Under the pieces are notes generated by a model. The model searched no databases. It was not told the DNA's origin and saw only the letters and a list, made by a program, of their open reading frames with translations. Position numbers and translations under genes: made by a program. Positions 49,701 to 62,313 of a DNA stretch of 64,000 bases are shown piece after piece. Source of the DNA: Macrostomum hystrix (taxonomy: Eukaryota > Animalia > Platyhelminthes); contig CATNEN010000033.1 of NCBI GenBank assembly GCA_950097015.1, positions 620,001-684,000 on the forward strand, in the 5' to 3' direction. Each line of letters opens with the position of its first letter. Within the stretch, counting starts at the first letter, position 1.

Positions 49701-49963
49701 TTCAAATGGCGCAGTTGTGACAGCAGCGGAATGCAGTTCGAACATTCTATGAAATGAGTTTCATGCAGGGTATTATCTTACGTTACATGATGACTGCAGC
49801 CCCATGCCACTGCTGCACCTGAGTTAGGGACCCATTTCGCACTGTGATGATCGATCGAAATTTTTCCAATATACTGCGGGATATATAGTGACTATAGCGG
49901 TATTAGCTAGTGTTAGACGCGTTGCTGCTGCACGTACGACATTGTTGGGTGCGTAGAACCACG

Positions 49964-50383
49964 ATGAATGCTCATCCTGTGGCGCTGTTCGGCTCGCCGG
50001 CCATCGTGGCACTCCTGGCCAGATGCGACATCGCCTGCCTGGCCCCGTTCCTGGCGCACCGAGGACGACTGGAGCAGCTGACCTGCCTGCAGCGCCACTG
50101 CCCGAATGCTGAGCTGAATGCCACCCAGCTACACACCTTGCTGAAGAGCCTCCTGGACTGGCTGCTACAACACCAGACAGCTGCGGGCTACGAGACCATC
50201 CTGGAGGTGACCTGCCTAACAGAGAACGAGGCTTTCGACTTGGCCGAGCTGCTAGGCCTGCTGGAGGACACCTGTTCGGAGCTGCAGCACATTCTACACG
50301 GGCTGGACTACTGGCGCGGCGTGCAGCAAAGGGCAAGACTGCGAGTGTTGCTCCAGAGTCGCGAATATCGAATGGAGCAGTAG
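49964..50383 (+). CDS. S1b protein (139 aa), intact paralog of S1
   Basis: FLAHRGRLEQL...LQHILHGLDYW aligns with S1 FIAHRGCFEQL...LQLIIHGVRYW. Confidence 0.75.
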   Translation: MNAHPVALFGSPAIVALLARCDIACLAPFLAHRGRLEQLTCLQRHCPNAELNATQLHTLLKSLLDWLLQHQTAAGYETILEVTCLTENEAFDLAELLGLLEDTCSELQHILHGLDYWRGVQQRARLRVLLQSREYRMEQ

Positions 50384-51030
50384 CAGCAGCAAAAAGACTT
50401 AGCTAGACAGTTTAAATAACTTATCCCTGTTTGTGAACCCAAACCAACTCTGCACCAATAAAAGAATGGTTTAGTATCAACTAAGTTGGCAGATCCAACT
50501 CGATACCGGTAAGTTTATTTTGGATAACCTAAAAATAGACAGCAGAGTACAGTTCGTGGTGCGCGCACAATCCCTAAGAAATATATATACAAGACGATTC
50601 GATTAGAGCTGCTGCTTATCTACCTAAGAATAGCAGGCAAGTCCTTATATATTTTTAAGTAATGTGCGCGCACTATGAACTGTACTTCTCGCTAAAAGTA
50701 CACACTATCAACTTAACCGGGATCAGAATTAAACTAATTAAGCACCTATTAATAGAATCTTAATCTATCAGTTTAAAGCTATAAGATCAATATGCGCGCA
50801 CATGTGCGCATAAGATAAGTAGTAGTAACAGTGGTACTATCTGCTGCTTATCCTAAATAGCCTGCTCCTTCTCCTTGGGATGTACTTGGGACTCTATTAA
50901 TAGGGAATCCCACCATGTTGCACCCAGTTGAAGAAGTTGAGAACCTGGGACTGCGTTGGCTTTCTGCAGCCTGCTCATTTTCATACATCCAAATTTGAAC
51001 GCGCCTATAATTAACCCGCGGAAGCACAGA

Positions 51031-53928
51031 ATGTCGTTCAATTTTTCTACCGGCTGCGACAGCGACGATGAACGAATTGCGGCCGCGCTGGACGAGTTTG
51101 AGAGAGCTGCCCAAGATAGCAACTCCGCCGGGCCGGTAGCGTCATCAACTCACCAGCCACCATCACAGCGAAAAAGAAAGAGCGCTCCCTCTCAACGTCG
51201 CATTGTCAATGCAGCGGCAGCAGCAGCAGCTGCAGAATCTACGCCAGGCCCAAAGCGGTGCTGCCGTCCAGTGCAGACAGCAGCGGTGGCTAACATCAGC
51301 AGTGACGCCGACGACTTCAGCCTGCTGCCCCTGAGCGGTGTCATGCGCCTGAACACTGAAGAGCAGCAGCCTGCCAATGACCAGATGTCCACAGCATCAG
51401 GCAGTGTGGACCTGCTGAACGCGTCGATTGTGTCCATCCGCGTCGTATCCCAGCCAGCGGCAGCAGGCAATCAGCAGCCGCCACCACCTGCTAGTACGTC
51501 GGCAAATAACACGACCGTCTACGCACCAATCTCCCACGCGATGGCAGCCTCAGCCTCGACTGCGCCAAAAGGGAGCCTGCTGGCTTGGCTCGGTGATCAG
51601 CACCGGAGTGCCAAGAAGGCCACCAGCAGATGGTCGTCGCCGGCAGTGATCAGGCACGTCGGGCGACAGGCTGCTGGCAAAAGTGACGACAGCGACGGTG
51701 CGGCGTCTGACGCGCCCGACAGGTCCAGTGCAGCCCTACAGCCTCGCAGCCCCGTCGTCATCGAGATTGAGGATGTCGACGACGAGCGCCACGATATAGG
51801 CAGAACGACAGCGGCAACTCGCAGTAGCGGCCCAAAGGCGGAGCCATCGGAGCCTAACGAGCAGGAGGCGGCGATGGATAGCGACGACCGCGATGCTCTG
51901 CAGGCACTGCTGGACTACGAGGCGTCCACCGTTGCGCTGTCAGTCGCTGTAGATCCCCCACCGTCGGGCGCTGATGCGGAAATGGAGGAGGTCGCCAGCA
52001 CGGTGCCGAAACCGCCTCAAGTCGCGGCCGACCAACAACAGCAGCCAGGGAGGCGGAGGTTCCGTTTTCAGCGGCTCGAAACGACTGCTCCTGCTGGCTG
52101 TTGCTGCTGCTGCCGACTGCTCCATTGTGGGCGCCATGGTGCCAGACTCGCAGTCCGATGGCCGACGACTTGCAGTCGCCAAGACCACACCGTCTCAGCG
52201 TCCGGAAGATGAGACGACGGCCTACGTGGTGTCGCCTGGCACAGCGGCATTCGCAGCAGCGGTGGTGGCCGCTATGAATGAGGCCAGCCAGTCCGTCCCT
52301 GTCGGCCAGGAGTGGTGGCGCATAATGACACCGCAGCCGCTGCAGCAACAAGAGCAGGTGCAGCTCGAGCGTCCTCCCTCGCTGATGGCATTCAGCTACA
52401 GTCCGCCGGCGTCTGCGGCACAGTATATGCAGTATATGCAGCAACAGCAGGGGGACAGCGAGGCAAGCAGGAGCGCGGTCGGCGGCGCCAGAGGACAACG
52501 AGGCGGCCGAGGCGTGCGACGGCTGGGCCAAAACCCGCTGCTTAATGCGGCAGCAGCACAGCAGCAGTTCACGGTGACGCGCTCCGTCAGCCGACCGCTC
52601 GCAATGACCGGTGCTGCTCCTGCGGAGCGACTGCCAGAGGACAGCGGGATTCTGACCGGCGCCGCTATTTGCACGTCTTCCACATCGACAACGTGCGCTT
52701 CGTCGGTGAGTCACTTGCTTTGTTCTTAAGCTTTGAATCATATAACCAGCTGGCATCCACTGTTTCCATGCTGCCTACATAAACAGGTCGTGCCAAGGTA
52801 TATCTGGGCGAGGCTCTGGAGGCACACTGTGTCGAGCTCGTCCTGGCGTCCAGCCCGGGCCTCTGCGTCGGCATGGATGAATTCTGCGACCGGCGGCTAG
52901 TCGCTGACCCGCTCTCCGTCGACGAGATGGAGCAACAGCAGCAGCAGCAGCAGCATAGCGAGTATCGGCCACACCGCACTCTGTCCGGCTTCGTGCGCCT
53001 GGAGACCAACGCGGCCAGCTGGCATCTTTACGAGCTGCTGTTCAGCCTGCTGCCTAGCCGAGACGAGGGACGCTGCTTTGTGGTGCCCGACCGGACCACC
53101 CTGACGCTGTGCGGCGTCCGCTCGCCAGACAGTGTGCTGCGGAGCCTGACGCAGCACGACGGCTACCCGCTGCTGATCGGGATCGGCGCCACGCAGTGCA
53201 GCATGCTGGTGCAAGCGACTCGGTGGGCGCTGTCCTACCCGCTGACTGCCAACCTGCCCGACCAGACTGACGGCTTCTTGTTGGCCCACCAGCAGATGCG
53301 CGCCACGTTGCTGGGCGTTTTCAGAGATGTGCAGCGCCAGCGCCGGATTCGCAGGGAGCAGCTCGCCGGCTGTTCCGCATGCTCCACCGAGGCTGCCGAC
53401 AACAGGAACCTGTGCCCGCTCCGAGAGGCCGTCTGCATAGCCCTTCGCCACCAGTCGGGCGTTGTCTATCTGTATGGGCCGTCGGGAGTCGGCAAGACCA
53501 CCGCCGTCGAGCGCCACTTGGGCCAGGAGCGCGTATTCTGCCCGGTCATTAAGCGCTTCGGCGGTAATGACTTCATGTTCGACGGCCTGGACACCGCGCG
53601 CCACTCAGTCATCTTTCTGGACGAGGTGCGGCCGCACATGTTCGAGGGCGGCGACCTGGAGACCACGCTGTTGCGCCTGCTGAACGGCAACAGCTTCCTG
53701 GTCAACGCTAAGCACCAGGCGCATGTCTACCTGGACTGGGGCCAACGGCTGGTAATCATGGCCGGCCACGCCTCACCTGACGACTTCCCGGCTGACGTGC
53801 AGCGGCGCCTGCGCAACGAGGGCAACACATGCGTCGAGGTCGACCACGACATCGAGGCCTGCCAGGGGGGGTGCCGCCAGCAGCCGATGTTCGGAGCCGC
53901 CGCCGCCGCCAACGCCCAAGTTGAATAA
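51031..53928 (+). CDS. Rep-like/SF3 helicase paralog 2 (two apparent frameshifts; intron 52706..52786)
   Basis: GPSGVGKT, VIFLDE, RLLNGNSFLVNAK, VIMAGH, VQRRL; colinear with paralog 1; frameshifts near 52050-52150 and 52657 are lesions or assembly errors. Confidence 0.8.
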
Positions 53929-54499
53929 TTGATGAGGCCGCCTAATGTCTGTCTGTCTATTGCAAAATTATTTCACCCCTGCACCCGTATTTTGTTCCTA
54001 AAATGTTGAAAGGGGGGGTCTGGTCAAGGCAAAGGGGTGTCTGGTCCAGCCAAGCCCCAGCCAAGGCCCCCCAGCAAGACCAAAACGGACCTCTGTTGTA
54101 CGTGTATTCTAAATCGGTGCGAGTTTTCCCCAGAGACGACGACCCTAATTGGGATAGCCTTTATAAAATGTTCTATATTTAGAAATACACTACGGAGATC
54201 AAAAAAAAGGTCATTCGGCTTTTACAGCCATAGACGTGTGCAAGAAATACACTAAGGAGATAAAAAATGTCTTTTCAGCTACGCATGCGCCTGCTGTAAG
54301 TAGTAGCTATAGCAGTGCAGAAACTGGCTAGTCAGTGAGTTGCAGAAATTTGGATTTCGGCTTTGGTTTTTGGCTTTGGTGCTGTCGCATATTCTAAGTC
54401 TATCCTGAAGTCGCAGCAGCAAGTTGGCGGATAGTGAAAGCGAGGGATAGTGAAGAGAGGATCAAATCGAAGGAAGGGGAGGAAAGCAAAAGTAGGTTG

Positions 54500-55185
54500 A
54501 CTGCACAGATTGTAGATTTGTACTGATGTGTTACTTTCGCGAAAAAATATTTGGAGGATAGTATACAGGAGGAAAGTGAAAGCGAGGGAGAGTGAAGAGA
54601 GGATCAGGATCATCAGATCCTGAATCAGAATCCAGAATCCTGAATCCAGATTCCAGAATCATCAGATTAAAGGAAGGGGATCAGGAAAGCGAAGGTATAG
54701 GGGAGGAAGCTAAGACAGAGTGAAGGGAGGATATGCAGAGAGTCAGACACCACCACCTACCCAACCACCTGCACTCTGCATCCACCCACCCAAATTCGTA
54801 CGACTGATTCATTGTAATTATTAATTCATTGTACTGATCGATGTCTTACTTTCGAGAAAACATATTTGGAGGATAGTACAGGAGGAAAGTGAAAGCGAGG
54901 GAGAGTGAAGAGAGGATCATCAGATTAAAGGAAGGGGTTCAGGAAAGCGAAGGTATAGGGGAGGAAGCTAGGACAGAGTGAAGGGAGGATATGAGAGTGA
55001 GACACCATGCACCACCTACCCAACCTGCACCTGCACTCTGCATCCACCCACCCAACACCACACACCACACCACACCACACCACACACCACACCACACCAC
55101 ACACCACCCACCCAACACCACACACCACACCACACCACACCACACACCACACCACACCACACACCACACCACACACCACACCCTG
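54500..55185. repeat. Purine-rich ~300-bp tandem duplication followed by (CACCACAC)n-type microsatellite
   Basis: 54500-54790 resembles 54830-55050; CA-rich repeat 55040-55185. Confidence 0.8.
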
Positions 55186-55204
55186 CAGCAGAACTCCAAT
55201 TATA

Positions 55205-55795
55205 AGAGTTTATGGACTTAGAGAATTTACAATCTGTAAATTCTCGACCGTCCCAAGGCTTAAATAGTGTGGTGAGATTGGGGCGGGATAGAGGGAGCCA
55301 GTTAGTATATACTCTAAAGAAAGGTGCGCGTTGTATATTTTCGCTGGAGGCAATATGACGGAGATTATATCTAGATCGGGCTTGATGACGACTAGTTACT
55401 ATAATAGATGACCGAAAATGCATGGTGTTTCTATTTTTAGCCTAAGGCGCACCTTTCTTAAGAGTATATACTGGCTTGCGTGCCCCATAGACTTCAATAG
55501 GCTGCCATTTAAATACACACGAGCCAGCTTGTATATATATACTCTTAAGAAAGGTGCGCCTAAAGCTAAAAATAGAATCGAATCGCCCGGGGTTTAGCCA
55601 GCCCGGCTATATACTAGCCCCCATATGCCGACGACGACGACGAAGTCAAGTTGCGAAAAAACAGCTCGCGCACCTTTCTTTAGAGTATATATATATAATA
55701 CCTGCATTTACTCCACCAGCCACACCAACTAAGCTCTGGGGACGGTCGAAAATTTTATCACTGACATGATAAAATTCTCTAAGTCCGTAAACTCT
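55205..55795. mobile_element. Foldback/MITE-like element
   Basis: IR pairs AGAGTTTATGGACTTAGAGAATTT / AAATTCTCTAAGTCCGTAAACTCT and TCGACCGTCCCA / TGGGACGGTCGA; inner AAAGGTGCGC / GCGCACCTTT repeats. Confidence 0.6.
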
Positions 55796-56164
55796 AGTTT
55801 ATACGTATAGACCGATTGGGCAAGCAGCATCGGCTGCCTGAATCACATATCCGTACATATATGTGATGGATGTCGATTCGAAAACTGACTTGGCTGTGAA
55901 TAGACTCAAATGCTGGTATTTTCGCGAAAAGTGTATTTATTTTCGCAAAAATACTGATATGTTTCCAAAACAAAGGTAAGGGTAGTATTTTTGCAAAACG
56001 TTCCTGAACTACTCTCTATATTCGCTGAATAAAAATTATCAGTCTGTTAGAAAAAAAATTGTATTAGTGGTCAAGATTTCACCATTTGCAGACAAACGTC
56101 ATTAAAACTCGAACATGCGAAAGAAAATAAATATAAATAGCCAGATAACACACTATTTGATTGT

Positions 56165-56236
56165 TAGTGATCTGGCGTGCAGGTCTAAGGCATTTCTCTC
56201 TAATACCAGTGGCTCGGGTTCGAATCCCGGTCAGCC
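56165..56236 (+). ncRNA. tRNA-like putative Pol III gene, copy B
   Basis: TATAAATA at 56132, GGTCTAAGGC (tRNA-Leu-like D loop), GGGTTCGAATCCC, T6 at 56243. Confidence 0.5.
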
Positions 56237-56433
56237 TTACGCTTTTTTGTTATTAAAAAAACAGCTAACATTTTACTATCAATGAAAATAAATCTTTACT
56301 AGAAATCTATTTTTTTATATTCGAATCCCCACTATTTGTGGATCCCCATTATTATTAACGTACTTTTGCTCGAATACGCCAGTTAAGAAAAGAAAAGCAA
56401 TATAAATAGCCAGACAACACACACTTTAATTGT

Positions 56434-56504
56434 TAGTGAACTGGCATGCAGGTCTAATGCATTGTCGCTAGTACAAGTGGCTCGGGTTCGAATCCCATTC
56501 ACCC
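56434..56504 (+). ncRNA. tRNA-like putative Pol III gene, copy C
   Basis: TATAAATA at 56401, same A/B boxes, T7 at 56511. Confidence 0.5.
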
Positions 56505-56984
56505 AACGCATTTTTTTATTTAAAAAAATGGGCAATATTATACTAGAAATGAAAAAATATTTTTACTAGGAATCTGTTTTTTTATATTGGAATCCACACT
56601 TTTTGTGTGGATCCCCATTATTATTAATGTTTACTTACTACTGCAATATTACTTATAGTAGGGCCGATTGCACCTGAAGTAGTAAAGTATACTGCGAAAG
56701 TAATTGAATTAACATGGCTAGTCTATATACTTGTAATGGCTTTTTCGCGAAATAGCCATAGAAATTTTATCTATTAGTATTTGCGAATTGGGGATTGCAA
56801 TACACACGAGTGAATTTTCGCGAAAAAAAAGTTTTGTCTGTAGTCAAACCTAGAACTACAGTTGAGTACAGTCGCAAAAGTGACCTATGTAAGACTGAGC
56901 GCGCTTAACATCTACTTTGTGACCGACTGACTGACCGACCGAGTAATTACGAGTTAATTCCTACGCCTCGACTTGAATTTTGAA

Positions 56985-59700
56985 ATGTCAGCATTTCGTG
57001 GCTGTGGAAAGAAGGCTCGTGTGGATGCCAGCATTGCTACACCGGATGCTAATGGTCTACGCCAGACTATGATCGTGGATTACTTTAGATCTCAGCAGTC
57101 AACCGATCGTCCTACTGGCGCAGCATCTAGACCGAGTGTGCAAGCATCATCGGCATCATTTACAGCAATGGCAGGAACGGCTGGTCGGGCATCGGCTGCC
57201 TTCACTGTTCCCCGCCTTGCAGTAATACAGCAGCAGCAGCAGTCGAAACAGCAGCAGCAGCAGCAGCAGCCGAAGCAGCAGCAGCCGAAGCAGACTGTCC
57301 CATCGAGTGCAATTCGGAAGCGTCGATATGCCCGATCGACTCTACGCAAGCGGACGCGTACAGTTGTCGATTTGGATGCTTCGTCTAGCAATTCATCGTC
57401 GTCTGATGCTGAAGACACTGGCGTTGGATCTCTAGTAGCCATGCGACAGCCTCTGGTTATTGTTGCCCAACCAATTTGTGGCGCCGGCGACCATGCTGAT
57501 CGCATAGAGTCCACGCCTAAAGTGCTATCATCTGAAGATGACTCAGCGGACGACTTGCTAGCAGACGACGTACAGCTGGAGATTGTGGACGAGTGGACGA
57601 GCAATACAGACAATGTAGAGTCTAATACTGCCCCTGTTTTGACGGCCTCTAATAGTTCAGCCTTGTCATCGCAGCTAGTCGATGATAAGTACAAAACAGA
57701 GGTGGCAGAATTATTGCGCGTTAATGGCGAGTCGACTATTCCTAAAAATAGTGCCGCACTTGGTGCCTGTCCGACTTCGCCAGATTATGCGCCTCGCTCT
57801 ACACCGGCAATGTCTGTCATCGAGAATGGGACAACATCCGATGCTGATGAACCAGTTCGCGCTGTATTCTCTCCAGCGTATGTCGACGCTTCTCAACCAA
57901 AAGCGCAACAGTCGGGACGACTGCAGCAATCGCAGCAGCAGCAGCAGCATCAACAGCGAGAGCAACAACCGCAGCAACAGCCGCAGCAGCAGCAGTGGCG
58001 GCAGCCGCTGCGGCAGCAGATACAAGGGCGTGAACGGCAGCAGCAAGAAGTTGGTGGCGTGGCATTTGCTCCGATAGCCGATGAATATGCGTTGTGTCGT
58101 TCGACATCACCACTTCTACGGCTATGTCCTCGAGCTCCAATTACCGACTACGCCTCTTTAACAGCAGAGGGCAGGTCGGTTCTTATGACTAGAAGGACGC
58201 TACATCTTATAGAGATTGCATTCATCTCGAGCGATGTGGAAAAATTCAAGGCGTTTCTAGAAGATGAATTGGTAGCTCCATGTGCACAGTTTGCCATCGG
58301 CGCAACATCATGTATTCAGGTTGACATGCTGACCAGCGAAGAAATCCGAGCGCGTCGTCAGCAGAAATACAACATGTCAATCCGTGAATGTTTAGGAGCT
58401 CCGAATCATCCCAATGGTTTGCTGATGTTCCTGAACCTGCGCCAACCAGAAGATGGTTACACTGTTTACTGCGGACTGCATGCCCTTTTGATGGAATCTG
58501 CGGAAGCTTCGGCGTACCTGCATCCTACAATGTGTAGAATGACAGTGTCTGGTGTACGCAGTGCGTCAAGTGCAATTAAGCTAGTTACCAGTACGGACGA
58601 GTTTCCAGCTCTTTTCCGCGTTTCTACTCAAGAGTGCAGCTTGCTGACCAAGGCCTTTTGCTGGGTTGCTGCTCATGAGACGTCATCTACTGAGCCTTTG
58701 CTAGATAGTGGCTTCATGTTCGAACACTTTCGTGTCAGACAAGAGCTCAGCGATTACTTTAAGGTGACTCAGATGAAACGCGTAATAGCAACAGAGGTGC
58801 TAGCTGGTTGCCAAAACTGTCGCCCTACTGCCGCTGCCGCCGCCGCCGCTGCTGATGATGCTGCAACAGCCGACTATGCGAGGACGACCTTGCCTACTCA
58901 GCTGGAGGTATGCAAAATATTATAATACATGACATTTTTTAGCACACGTACGAGTATTGATCATTGAATTTTTGCTGTTGTTTTAATTCAAATAATTATT
59001 ACTTTTGGACAATTAATTAATTAATTGTATGCGAACCTACCTAACAACACAACAGGTCTCTGCTGCTGCTGCTGATGTTGCTGCTTCCGCTGCTACTGCT
59101 GTTCAAGTATTTGATGCCGCCGTCGCTCATGTTCCCCGGTTGATCGCCGCCGCCACCAACGTGTGCCCAACTGTAAAGGCTGTGTGCAGCGCGTTGCAAT
59201 TGCCAACTGGTGTCGTCTATCTATACGGCCCGTCTGGCGTTGGGAAGACCCACTCTGTGCAAAGCCATCTCGGTTCTACGAAAGTGCTGAATATCCAGGT
59301 GCAGAAGCGGTCTAACACGTTTATGTTTGACAAGCTCTGCGAGACTATACACACTGCCATGTTTATTGACGAGCTACGCCCGCAACTGTTTGATGACACA
59401 TCTGAAGTCATGTGCACACTACTTCGTTTGGTCAATGGAGACACTTTTGAAGTCAATGCTAAATACAAGGCTATTCGACACGTCTCTTGGCTCAATCGAC
59501 TGTTAGTGCTTGCTGGGCATGCTCCGGTCAGTGCGTATTCGATGGACTTTCAGCGCCGATTAGAACCGACACCTGATGGGCACAAGTGTCCGGTAGTTGC
59601 CATCTTCATTGGTCATTCCCTCAGTGCCGACTACCAATGCGATGGACAATGCCACCCAATACGCAATGTGTTTGGCGATCACCCGGACCGGCGAGTATGA
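56985..59700 (+). CDS. Rep-like/SF3 helicase paralog 1, intact (855 aa; exons 56985..58907 and 59056..59700)
   Basis: 148-nt GT-AG phase-0 intron; Walker A GPSGVGKT, Walker B MFIDE, B-prime RLVNGDTFEVNAK, motif C LVLAGH, Arg finger FQRRL. Confidence 0.85.
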
Positions 59701-60079
59701 GCGACAAGACGGTGCTGTTAGCAGGTTTTTTTACACCAAACTGCCTGCATGCTGCTATTTTATCGACTATATTTTTACTCGGTCCTTCAGTCAGTCTTTC
59801 AGCTGTTTTTTTTATATTTTTTACTGTTTCATTCTGTTTTTGTATGCAATTTTATAATTAGTCATACAAATAAAATCAATTTATATGCTCAGTTTTGAGC
59901 TTTTATTGTTGTGAAGTAGGTAATTGCTACTTCTGTTGCAAAAAAAATCATATTTCTTATTACTATATATAGTATTACGCATTCAAACGAAGGTATATGC
60001 AAAGTGTCAAAGTATTAATTAATAAAATTCATTTACAGGTGTTATCGCGAAAATAAAATAACGACTTTTATCCGAAAGT

Positions 60080-60865
60080 AAATAGCGGTATTTTTGCAAA
60101 AGTTATTAAAGTCGTGTGAATGGCTACATCTTAAGGTATTTTCGCGAAAAGACTGCTATCCTATTAAACGCAGGTAGTAAAGGTAGTTTGCGGCTGTGAC
60201 CTGGAAAAGTTATTAAAGTAGTGCGCATGGCTACATCTTAAGGTATTTTCGCGAAAAGACTGCTATGCTATTAAACAAAGGTAGTTGGCGGTATTTTTGC
60301 AAAAGTTATTAAAGTATGTTATATGCGTGGCTATATGTTAAGGTATTTTCGCGAAAATACTGCTATGCTATTAAACGCAGGTAGTAAAGGTAGTTTGCGG
60401 TATTTTTGCAAAAGTTATTAAAGTAGTGTGCATGGCTACATCTTAAGGTATTTTCGCGAAAATACTGCTATGCTATTAAACAAAGGTAGTTGGCGGTATT
60501 TTTGCATAAGTTATTAATGTAGGTTATATGCGTGGCTATATCTTATGGTATTTTCGCGAAAAGACTGCTATGCTATTAAACAAAGGTAGTTGGCGGTATT
60601 TTTGCAAAAGTTATTAAAGTAGGTTATATGCGTGGCTATATCTTAAGGTATTTTCGCGAAAATACTGCTATGCTATTAAACAAAGGTAGTTGGCGGTATT
60701 TTTGCAAAAGTTATTAATGTAGGTTATATGCGTGGCTATATCTTATGGTATTTTCGCGAAAATACTGCTATGCTATTAAACAAAGGTAGTTGGCGGTATT
60801 TTTGCAAAAGTTCTTGAAGTTGTGTGCGTGGCTATATCTTAAGGTATTTTCGCGAAAATACATGC
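60080..60865. repeat. Palindromic ~100-bp tandem array
   Basis: 8 TTTTCGCGAAAA cores counted. Confidence 0.95.
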
Positions 60866-61304
60866 ATATTATTAGACTAAGTATATTGTACTTTTTTAAC
60901 CATAGACATATTTAGTATTTCTGCAAATTGCCAAGAGTCATGAGTGCATTTTTTTCGCGAAAAGACTATATATTATCTATATATTGTATTGAATACCTGT
61001 GAATGAAAAATAATGACAGTTTTTTTGCAAAAATACTAACGATACGATGATGAACATATTTTTGCGAAAGAACATGTTCTAAAACAAATACAAACTGCGA
61101 AATTGCTTTGAGTACTAACATACAAACAATAATGCTTAACATAGTGCTGATGATTGTTGGTGATGGTATTTTCGCGAAAAGATTAGTGTATTTTCAATCA
61201 TTTACAACACAACACATATGTAGATATCAAATAGTATTGATAATCAGAAGCTTTATAATATCACTGTAATTAATCATAGTGAATGTATTTTTTATAATAT
61301 CATT

Positions 61305-62078
61305 TCAAACTTGTGCCTCCTCAATTGCAATCGCTACTGCTGCTGACGCTTCCGCCTCTTCAGCTGCGGCATACAATAGGCAGTCGTCAGCTGGGTCAAA
61401 TGTACAGCTACTGGCTGTCATCGCTGCTGCTGACGCCTCTGCCTCTTCAGCTGCGGCATACAATAGGCAGTCGTCAGCTGGATCAAATAAACAGCTACTG
61501 GCTGCCATCGCTGCCGCTGCTGCTGACGCCTCTGCCTCTTCAGCCGCGGCATACAATAGGCAGTCGTCAGCTGGGTCAAATAAGCAGCTACTGGCTGCCA
61601 TCGCTGCCGCTGCTGCTGACGCCTCTGCCTCTTCAGCTGCGGCATACAAAAGCTCGTCATCAGCTGGGTCAAATAAGCAGCTACTGGCTGCCATCGCTGC
61701 CGCTGCTGCTGACGCCTCCGCCTCTTCAGCTGCTGCATACAAAAGCTCGTCATCAGCTGGGTCAAATAAACAGCTACTGGCTGCCATCGCTGCCGCTGCT
61801 GCTGACGCCTCCGCCTCTTCAGCTGCTGCATACAAAAGCTCGTCATCAGCTGGGTCAAAGCAATTGGCTGCCATCGCCGCTTCGACCTCTTCAGCTACGG
61901 CGTATAACAAATGGTCGTCTGCCAGGCCGAATACAAAACTGTATGTTGAATTGTATGTTTCATCATACCCGTAGTCATCATAGCCTGGCTCTTCATTCAG
62001 CTCAACGTCATCGTCGTGACAGTTGGATTTTTCCGCATCGTTTAGAGTTGGCCCTGATGATGATGTTGATGTAGGCAT
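61305..62078 (-). CDS. Acidic repeat protein AR (257 aa; six 31-aa units)
   Basis: Same N-terminus as 24799..25638, different repeat count. Confidence 0.75.
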   Translation of the reverse strand: MPTSTSSSGPTLNDAEKSNCHDDDVELNEEPGYDDYGYDETYNSTYSFVFGLADDHLLYAVAEEVEAAMAANCFDPADDELLYAAAEEAEASAAAAAMAASSCLFDPADDELLYAAAEEAEASAAAAAMAASSCLFDPADDELLYAAAEEAEASAAAAAMAASSCLFDPADDCLLYAAAEEAEASAAAAAMAASSCLFDPADDCLLYAAAEEAEASAAAMTASSCTFDPADDCLLYAAAEEAEASAAVAIAIEEAQV

Positions 62079-62313
62079 GGCGAGACAATGGGGGCAGTAT
62101 TTAAAATGTTGAACTTGTTTTATTTACTTCATTAATTGTCCAAAGTTTCAACTGCATTGATTACATATTCCCAATCACATAAGATTATCAGCAAGCTTGT
62201 TACCATAGACTAGCAATAGGGTTTTTAGTTGGTTACTTTACTAAGGTAAGTGGCGTAACTTATTTACACATTTTAGATTCTTAATTATTGTTTCAAATAA
62301 AAAAAACTACAAC

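Noticed and set aside
54925-55423. His/Thr- or Cys/Val-rich ORFs
   Set aside because: Translations of the CACCACAC microsatellite
56434-56504. Amber-suppressor tRNA (CTA in the middle loop) reading the S1b TAG
   Set aside because: Loop lacks U33, the other copies differ there and the cloverleaf is non-canonical
19179-59700. Helitron, or endogenous CRESS/parvovirus, as the identity of the element
   Set aside because: The helicase is SF3 not PIF1; HUH catalytic residues look absent; no capsid gene; gene set, introns and YR do not fit
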